A DNA stretch of 32,000 nt from Haloferax volcanii DS2 (GTDB taxonomy: Archaea; Halobacteriota; Halobacteria; Halobacteriales; Haloferacaceae), in contig NC_013967.1 of NCBI RefSeq assembly GCF_000025685.1, positions 2,100,001 through 2,132,000 of the forward strand, given 5' to 3'. Shown in pieces: positions 25,967 through 32,000 of the stretch (position 1 is its first letter; every line of letters begins with the position of its first letter). The position numbers and the translations under genes are program-made. The notes under the pieces are model-generated. The model was not told where the DNA came from. It saw only the letters and a list, made by a program, of their open reading frames with translations, and did not search any database.

Positions 25967-26049
25967 GATGATGACTGGTATTCAGATGCGGGTGGAATGC
26001 GTTAGCGTCTGAGTCACGTTACGCTCTGTACAGTCTGAGACCAACAGAG
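25967..26049. repeat. 83-bp direct repeat, copy 2
   Basis: It has the same 17-bp and 10-bp end blocks and the same 56-nt spacing as 19182-19264. Confidence 0.75.
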
Positions 26050-26071
26050 GCAGTTATCAGAGCCTCACCGG

Positions 26072-26614
26072 TTAGAGAAATTCAGAGACCGTCTCTGTCA
26101 AGCCCGCAAAAATCTCCTCGGCTGATTCGATACTCCGACAGCCCGTGATAACAACCTTACCTGTAGCGAAGAGCAGTACTACACCTTCTGCGCCCTCGGG
26201 GCGATAAATTAGACCGGGGAACTGTTCCGGTTCGTACTCGGTCTTCTCGAGACCCAGTCCGATGGCGAGCGCATTCAGATTGAGGTTCTGGTCTAGTTCT
26301 CCAGTACAGACGTAATTCTGGACGGCGAACCACTCGTCCTCGGGGTTCTCAATAACGTCCATTTCGGCGAACAAATTCAGAAATCGCTCTCGGAGCGAGT
26401 AGGATTCGTCCTCGGAGTCTGCGCCGGTGATGATGAATTTACCCGTGCGATAGACCGTTATCAGCGGCGCATCCTCCTCGAATCGAAGGTACATCCCTGG
26501 GTACTTGTCCGGGTCGTAGCGAGCGACCGGCTCACCGATGTCGTCAGCGAGGCGTTCTAAATCGAGTTCGACATTCAGAGCACCTGATGCGACGACATTT
26601 ACAATCTCTACCAT
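26072..26614 (-). CDS. tbp: TATA-box binding protein (TBP) paralog
   Basis: Start at MVEIVNVVASG (ATG at 26614). Two TBP repeats: IVNVVASGALNVELDLERLA… and VQNYVCTGELDQNLNLNALA…, each followed by the …GKFIITGA / GKVVITGC motif. Confidence 0.9.
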   Translation of the reverse strand: MVEIVNVVASGALNVELDLERLADDIGEPVARYDPDKYPGMYLRFEEDAPLITVYRTGKFIITGADSEDESYSLRERFLNLFAEMDVIENPEDEWFAVQNYVCTGELDQNLNLNALAIGLGLEKTEYEPEQFPGLIYRPEGAEGVVLLFATGKVVITGCRSIESAEEIFAGLTETVSEFL

Positions 26615-26757
26615 CCCGCCCTCCGACTCACAGTTAAATCTCGTTTCAATTCTGCTCAGCCCTCGTCTAAACACTTGCTGGTTTCCGCCCTCTGTGAGGT
26701 ATTGTTGAAAATGACTGTCGGAAGAGCACTTATACCCCGAGTGAAATATAGTGAGTA

Positions 26758-28980
26758 ATGGCTGACAAAGGAACCGACCCCGAAGACGAAGCCCGAGAGG
26801 TCATCGATACCCAGCTAAAAGAGGCAGGCTGGAAAGACCTCGAAGAAGAGGGAGGCGATACGGGTTTCGAACGGGAGTATTCCACTTCTTCTGGTCCCGT
26901 TGATTACGCTCTTCTGGTCTCAGGAAAGCCCATCGCGGTCGTAGAAGCGAAAGAAGCCCAGAAAGACGCCTATGCCGCTCTAACCCAATCCAAACGATAC
27001 GCACAGGATATCGGTACGGGTGAGAACTACGCTGGCCGGTACGGCGTCCCCTTCGTGTTCACCGCGAACTCAGACGAAGTGTGGTTTCAGGACCTTCGAG
27101 AGGAGGCCCCGCGTGAACGGAAACTCCGTAGTTTCCACCGACCTGATGGACTCGAACAGTTCCTCAATACCGACTACAAGGCTGCGAAGGAGTGGCTAGA
27201 GGATACCCCTATTCGAGAGTCCGACTCGAACCTCTGGGATAACCAGTTTGAGGCAATCCAGAGTATCGAAGAGTCCCTTCAGGAAAACAAGCGGCGGATG
27301 CTCGTTCAGATGGCGACTGGAACCGGGAAGACCCGGATGGCCTGCGCTCAAACCTACCGCCTCCTGAAATCCGGCTACGTCAATAGCGTTCTCTTCCTCG
27401 TTGACCGCAACAGCCTCGGGAATCAGGCTGAGAGCGCATTCAAAAACTACGACGTCGGCCCGGCGATGAAGCTAAGCGACATCTACATTATCGAGCAGGT
27501 CGAGGACGGCGTCTATCCCGAGAACGCGGATATCGTCATCGCCACCCTTCAGGGGATGTACAGTCTGCTCGAAAATCACGACGAACTCGACATCCCGCAG
27601 GACGCGTTCGACTTCATCATCTCCGACGAGTCCCACCGCTCTATCTACGGGGACTGGCGCGTCGTTCTGAATCACTTCGATGCCCTCCAACTCGGTCTGA
27701 CTGCGACCCCGGCGACTCACACGCTCAGCTACTTCAACGAGAATTGGGTCTACCAATACGGCTACTGGCAGGCGGTCGATGACGGTCACGTCGTCCCCTA
27801 CGAGACGTACCGGATTCAGACGGGCATCACGATGGACGGCCTCTACTACGAAGATGAGGAGTACGAACCCGGCGACCTCGAAAACAAAATCACCGTTCCC
27901 TCTACGAACCGCCTCATAGCAGAAGAGTTCCGGAAGCAGTCGGGCGAGGACGAAAAGACGCTCGTGTTCGCTAAGAACGACCGTCACGCAACCGAGTTAG
28001 AGAAGATATTCAGGGAGGTCTACTCGGACAAAGACGACCGCTACGTCAAGAAAATCACCTACACGACCGACGACCCCGACGGCTGGATTAAACGATTCAG
28101 GAATCAGAAGTACCCGAAAATCGCGGTGACGGTTGATATGGTCAGTACGGGTGTTGACGTCAAACCTATCGAGAATATCATCTTCATCCGGCCGACTCGT
28201 TCCGCCGTCCTCTACAACCAGATGATTGGCCGGGGGACTCGAACCTGCGACGAGATTGGCAAAGAGAAGTTCACCATCTACGACTGCATCGGCATCGTCG
28301 ACTACTTCAGCGAGACGCCGCCGTTCAACACGTACCGCCCGGATGGAACCGTCGACGAAGAGAAGTCCGGACAGAAGGAGCGAGAGGACGACGAGGACGA
28401 CGAAATCATCGTCGCCGACGACGTTCAGGACCACCTCGAATTCTCGGGGTATATGTTCGAGACGAAGGACGGCCAAGAGCTACGGCCGGACGACTACGTC
28501 ACTCACTTCGAGCGATACGTGAGACAGAACCAGTCCGAGATTGAAGCAATAAAGATAATAATGGAGTCCCCGGAAGCCCTCAAGCGTAAGCACCTCCGGG
28601 AACTCAATCGGAAACTTCAGGACGAGCCGGAGAAGTTCTCCGAAGAGAAGCTGCAAAAGGCCTACGGGCAGGAGATGACCGACATCATCGGCTTCATCAA
28701 ACACGCCCTCGGTGAAGACGAGTTCCCCACGACGGAAGACCGGGTCGAACGGGCGTTTAGTGCGTGGATGCAGGACAAAGATTTCACCGAGCAAGAACGC
28801 GAGTGGCTGAACCTCCTCAAACGCCACTTCGTGCAGGAGAAAGTCATCAAGAAGGAGGATTTCAACTACGTGCCGTTCTCCCGGCATGGCGGTTGGAATT
28901 CCGCTGCGGAGGCATTCGGAGGAGAAGAGGAGCTGAAAGACGTGCTGCAAGAGCTTAACGAAGACGTGATATTAGCATGA
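26758..28980 (+). CDS. hsdR: type I restriction enzyme R subunit (HsdR)
   Basis: N-terminal PD-(D/E)xK-like VDYAL…VVEAKE. SF2 helicase motifs QMATGTGKT, SDESHR, LGLTATP and QMIGRGTR. The C-terminal domain is EcoEI-R-type. A 4-nt ATGA overlap joins it to hsdM. Confidence 0.9.
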   Translation: MADKGTDPEDEAREVIDTQLKEAGWKDLEEEGGDTGFEREYSTSSGPVDYALLVSGKPIAVVEAKEAQKDAYAALTQSKRYAQDIGTGENYAGRYGVPFVFTANSDEVWFQDLREEAPRERKLRSFHRPDGLEQFLNTDYKAAKEWLEDTPIRESDSNLWDNQFEAIQSIEESLQENKRRMLVQMATGTGKTRMACAQTYRLLKSGYVNSVLFLVDRNSLGNQAESAFKNYDVGPAMKLSDIYIIEQVEDGVYPENADIVIATLQGMYSLLENHDELDIPQDAFDFIISDESHRSIYGDWRVVLNHFDALQLGLTATPATHTLSYFNENWVYQYGYWQAVDDGHVVPYETYRIQTGITMDGLYYEDEEYEPGDLENKITVPSTNRLIAEEFRKQSGEDEKTLVFAKNDRHATELEKIFREVYSDKDDRYVKKITYTTDDPDGWIKRFRNQKYPKIAVTVDMVSTGVDVKPIENIIFIRPTRSAVLYNQMIGRGTRTCDEIGKEKFTIYDCIGIVDYFSETPPFNTYRPDGTVDEEKSGQKEREDDEDDEIIVADDVQDHLEFSGYMFETKDGQELRPDDYVTHFERYVRQNQSEIEAIKIIMESPEALKRKHLRELNRKLQDEPEKFSEEKLQKAYGQEMTDIIGFIKHALGEDEFPTTEDRVERAFSAWMQDKDFTEQEREWLNLLKRHFVQEKVIKKEDFNYVPFSRHGGWNSAAEAFGGEEELKDVLQELNEDVILA

Positions 28981-30371
28981 GTCGGAACAACGGAAAACTC
29001 GACGTCGAACAGAAGATTTGGGATATCTGTGGTATTCTCCGTGAGGACGGGATGCACATCGGGACTTATGTCGAACAGGTCACGGTGCTACTATTCCTAA
29101 AGATGATGGACGAGCGGGAGCAATTCGGTAGCGAGTCCATTGAGATTCCGGAAGATTGCCAATGGAGTGTGCTAAAAGAAAAGGATGGTGAGGAGCTCCT
29201 TGAGCATTATAACCGCGTTGTCCTTCCGACGCTCGGAGACCAAGACGGAATTGTTGGAGACATTTTCGCGCGAGTTAATAGTCAGTTCCGCACACCAGTC
29301 AACCTCCGTGAAGCTATTCGTGAAATTGATGAAGTAGAGTGGTCGGCGATTGAGGTTGATGTTAAGGGGACTGCATATGAAGCGCTTCTTCAGCGATATG
29401 CTGAAGAAGCAAAAGGGGCGGGCCAATATTTCACACCTCGACCAGCAATTAAGGCAATTGTCAAGGCAGTAGACCCCGACCATGACGATGATATACATGA
29501 CCCAGCCGCTGGGACTGGAGGGTTCCTAATCCACGCTTTCGAACATATTCTTGAAAAGACAAATGAAGGGTTGGACCTGAGTCGGGATGAACGGAGAGAG
29601 CTAATGACAGAAAATCTCTCTGGAATGGAATTAGTGCCTGAAACCCGCCGACTAGGGCTAATGAACTTAGCACTTCACGATTTACAGCCTCAGAATTTCG
29701 AGGTGGGAGATTCATTATCGCTGGGTCCACATACGGACGAGTCGTATGATGTGATATTAACTAACCCGCCATACGGTGGAAATCAAAAGAAAAAGCGAGC
29801 TCGGGATGATTTTATGGTCGATACCAGAAGTCCCGAACTCAACTTTGTTCAACACAACATGAGCCTCCTCAAACAAGGGGGTGAATGTGGTATGGTCGTT
29901 CCAGATGGGACCTTGTTCCAGTCCGGCGCTGCCCAAAGAATCCGAGAGAACCTATTTGAGGATTTTAACGTCCATACTGTTCTCGTACTACCGATTGGTG
30001 CATTCCAACCCTACACCAACGTTGCAACTAACGTTATATTCTTTGAAAAGGGCGATTCAACCGAGAAAGTGTGGTTCTATGACCTCCGAACAGAGATGGA
30101 AAAAATCAAGAAAAGTAACCCTCTTACGGAAGAGCACTTTGAGGATTTCCTTGAGAATTTTGACTCTCGTGAAGAAAGCGAACATTATTTCTCTGTTTCA
30201 ATAGAAGAAATTGAGGAGAACGAGCACACGCTCAGTTACAAGCAGTATAAGGAATTTGATGATGGTGATGAAGTTGCGCCTCCAGAGGAGCTTCTCACTG
30301 AACTGCAATCTCTACAAGATACTGTTCGAGAGAATACAGAAGCGATTATGGATGAGCTGGAGGACGAATAA
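28977..30371 (+). CDS. hsdM: type I R-M N6-adenine DNA methyltransferase subunit (HsdM)
   Basis: N-terminal HsdM-type helical domain. AdoMet motif DPAAGTGGFL and catalytic NPPYGG. FTPR precedes motif I. Confidence 0.9.
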   Translation: MSRNNGKLDVEQKIWDICGILREDGMHIGTYVEQVTVLLFLKMMDEREQFGSESIEIPEDCQWSVLKEKDGEELLEHYNRVVLPTLGDQDGIVGDIFARVNSQFRTPVNLREAIREIDEVEWSAIEVDVKGTAYEALLQRYAEEAKGAGQYFTPRPAIKAIVKAVDPDHDDDIHDPAAGTGGFLIHAFEHILEKTNEGLDLSRDERRELMTENLSGMELVPETRRLGLMNLALHDLQPQNFEVGDSLSLGPHTDESYDVILTNPPYGGNQKKKRARDDFMVDTRSPELNFVQHNMSLLKQGGECGMVVPDGTLFQSGAAQRIRENLFEDFNVHTVLVLPIGAFQPYTNVATNVIFFEKGDSTEKVWFYDLRTEMEKIKKSNPLTEEHFEDFLENFDSREESEHYFSVSIEEIEENEHTLSYKQYKEFDDGDEVAPPEELLTELQSLQDTVRENTEAIMDELEDE

Positions 30372-31603
30372 TGGATAGAGAGGATTTGCCTAAAGGATGG
30401 AGACAATACGAATTAGGTGAGATATGCGAAATCATCATGGGTAACTCACCCCCTGGGGAGAGTTATAACGATGAGGGAGAGGGGGTACGTTTCTTGCAGG
30501 GCCAAAATGAATTCGGGGAGAATACCCCTGATAGCGATAGATTCACTACCGAACCTTCGAGGATGAGTAAGAATGGGGATATATTGGTAGCTATCAGAGC
30601 TACACCCTTAGGGATAGTAAACCAAGCAGATGATGAATATTGTGTAGGGCGTGGTGTAGCTGCATTAAGACCGAAGAAGAAGAAGCTTGATGGAAGATAT
30701 CTCTACCACTACATGAAATACTGCAAAGAGAGCGAGTACTGGAGAAAGGTGAGTACTGGCAGTACCTATCCATCAATAACTAAGACAAACCTGCAGAATT
30801 TGTCTGTCCCGCTTCCACCCTTGTCCGAACAGCAGAAAATTGCCGACAAGCTGAACTCCGTAATTAGGGGAGTGGACGAGACACGCGAAGTGAGTTCTGA
30901 CGCTAAAGTAATTGAAGAGAATCTACTTCGGTCCTGCATTTCGGGGTTGATGCCAGAAAAGGAGGGTTCAACGTGTGAAACAGTCAAACTCGATACTGTC
31001 TGCGAAGTAATCCTTGGTAATTCACCCCCAGGAGAGAGTTACAACGAGGAGGGTGAGGGAATGCGTTTCTTGCAGGGGCAAAAAGAATTTGGAGAAAAGA
31101 CCCCTGTCAGCGATAGATACACTACTGACCCTTCGAAAGTAGGTAAGGAAGGGGACATTCTGATAGCTATCAGAGCAACGCCCTTGGGAATCATAAACCG
31201 TTCAGACGATACGTATTGTCTTGGGAGAGGTGTAGCAGGGCTAAGACCTGAAAAGAATCTCGATGGTGGATACCTCTATTACTATATGAAGATACAACAC
31301 GGATATTGGGAGAAAATCAGCAAAGGGAGCACATACCCCTCCATAACTAAGACAAATCTTCAAAATCTACCCATTCCACTTCCAAAGATTTCTAAACAGC
31401 AGGAAATAGCTGAACGTCTTGAATACATTGAAGCCAGAATAGACGATATTCATGAAGCATCGGAGCGAATGTCCGACATAATCGACGTACTCCCTGAGTC
31501 GGTTCTTTCAAAAGCATTTCAGGGAGAACTCATAGACGACGAATCCATAGAAGAGCGGGTCGTAGCGGTGCAGAGTGGGTTGGAGGAGTTTGAGCCCAAT
31601 TAA
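30371..31603 (+). CDS. hsdS: type I R-M specificity subunit (HsdS) with two near-identical TRDs
   Basis: TAATG overlap with hsdM. Two-TRD architecture with conserved spacers (LSEQQKIADKL / ISKQQEIAERL). TRD1 (aa 13-161) and TRD2 (aa 205-350) are about 70% identical by eye. Confidence 0.9.
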   Translation: MDREDLPKGWRQYELGEICEIIMGNSPPGESYNDEGEGVRFLQGQNEFGENTPDSDRFTTEPSRMSKNGDILVAIRATPLGIVNQADDEYCVGRGVAALRPKKKKLDGRYLYHYMKYCKESEYWRKVSTGSTYPSITKTNLQNLSVPLPPLSEQQKIADKLNSVIRGVDETREVSSDAKVIEENLLRSCISGLMPEKEGSTCETVKLDTVCEVILGNSPPGESYNEEGEGMRFLQGQKEFGEKTPVSDRYTTDPSKVGKEGDILIAIRATPLGIINRSDDTYCLGRGVAGLRPEKNLDGGYLYYYMKIQHGYWEKISKGSTYPSITKTNLQNLPIPLPKISKQQEIAERLEYIEARIDDIHEASERMSDIIDVLPESVLSKAFQGELIDDESIEERVVAVQSGLEEFEPN

Positions 31604-31735
31604 TAATCTCACCTATTCACAAAGAGAGGAATGGCCCTTCAGTAATAGGTTGGCTTCGGCCTCACACTATGCGCTGCATTCTGCAATCTATTATTCTCTA
31701 TGTGTGGGTCAGAAATGAAGAGTCGGTAATAGGTC

Positions 31736-31748
31736 GGCCTCGGCACTC
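31736..31748. repeat. core direct repeat GGCCTCGGCACTC, copy C (candidate junction att)
   Basis: 13-bp exact match to the cores at 9865-9877 and 12480-12492. It lies 130 bp after the hsdS stop and 85 nt before the next RHH gene. Confidence 0.55.
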
Positions 31749-31832
31749 ATCGAAAGGCGAACTGGAGTTAGTTATAAAAATAATTACAGTTAATCTGGCT
31801 AGCGTGATGAATGTGTTGGGAGGTGTCGAAAA

Positions 31833-32000
31833 ATGACAGGCAGCGGCTGGAAAGACTCAGTCAATATTCCAGAGTCGACCACGAAGGCCACCCTGTACTG
31901 TTCAGAAGATGATAAAGAAGAATGGGATCAAGAAGTGGAGGAGCAAGGCTACAGAAGCAGAAGCGCCTACCTCTACGAACTGATCCAAGAGGCACGCGCC
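31833..32000 (+). CDS. RHH small regulator paralog; 3' end off window
   Basis: Own translation from the ATG at 31833: MTGSGWKDSVNIPESTTKATLYCSEDDKEEWDQEVEEQGYRSRSAYLYELIQEARA, open to the window end. It is clearly paralogous to 16874.. and 17186.. (…YL.ELIQEAR). Confidence 0.65.
   Translation, partial: MTGSGWKDSVNIPESTTKATLYCSEDDKEEWDQEVEEQGYRSRSAYLYELIQEARA

Larger units (their letters stand above)
12479..31748. mobile_element. candidate integrative element (about 19.3 kb) bounded by core repeats B and C
   Basis: It contains an intact tyrosine integrase, RHH regulators, a replication-type NTPase, TBP, type I R-M and nuclease cargo, and is flanked by direct core repeats. Confidence 0.5.
9864..32000. 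mobile_element. low-GC accessory island, apparently a tandem array of integrative elements; continues beyond the window
   Basis: There is an abrupt composition drop at about 9.86-9.88 kb. The island carries an integrase, an IS, R-M genes and replication-type genes. A 13-14 bp core repeat occurs at 9864, 12479 and 31736. Confidence 0.65.

Noticed and set aside
27472-28950. Long antisense ORFs inside hsdR (27472..27987, 27997..28476, 28480..28950) and + strand ORFs 28226..28522 and 28764..28958
   Set aside because: They lie opposite to or out of frame with a gene showing complete HsdR helicase and nuclease motifs, and have no motifs of their own.
1-32000. CRISPR arrays, rRNA genes and tRNA genes
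   Set aside because: No regularly spaced direct repeats of 25-40 bp and no rRNA- or tRNA-like sequences were seen on reading the window. The only tandem repeat is the 36-bp 9-mer array at 7353-7388.

Overview
The window comes from a high-GC, acidic-proteome genome typical of a haloarchaeon (class Halobacteria). No finer assignment is possible from the sequence alone. Positions 1-9.8 kb are ordinary core chromosome: a partial Usp protein, an acidic HhH protein, an aIF2-beta/TRAM fusion, an FAH-family hydrolase, a Kv-type K+ channel, an NCS2 nucleobase permease next to an archaeal-type Hpt, and an L-lactate permease. Most long ORF-track entries in this part are R/P/A/S-rich shadow ORFs. At about 9.86 kb the composition drops sharply, by eye to about 45-57% GC, and stays low to the window end. 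This stretch is an accessory island. It is partitioned by three direct copies of the core GGCCTCGGCACTC (9865, 12480, 31736), which suggests a tandem array of integrative elements. Segment 1 (9.86-12.49 kb) is a remnant holding one gene split by an ISH3-family IS (18-bp inverted repeats; the reading frame is restored on excision). Segment 2 (12.49-31.75 kb) has five parts: (a) a 4.3-kb cargo block of four nuclease-like or unknown genes (359-aa unknown, DUF6884-like, GIY-YIG-like, DUF262-HNH); (b) a backbone of two RHH regulators and a tyrosine integrase; (c) a 6.8-kb module bracketed by 83-bp direct repeats, holding an 801-aa P-loop/wHTH protein and an overlapping three-gene operon (histone-fold protein, 493-aa unknown, 385-aa membrane-anchored unknown); (d) a TBP paralog; (e) a complete type I R-M system whose HsdS has two near-identical target recognition domains. 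A third element begins at 31.75 kb with another RHH paralog and runs off the window. The best candidates for an undescribed system are the 22.5-25.9 kb operon and the 12.7-16.8 kb nuclease cluster. All functional calls rest on motif recognition by eye; no database search was run.
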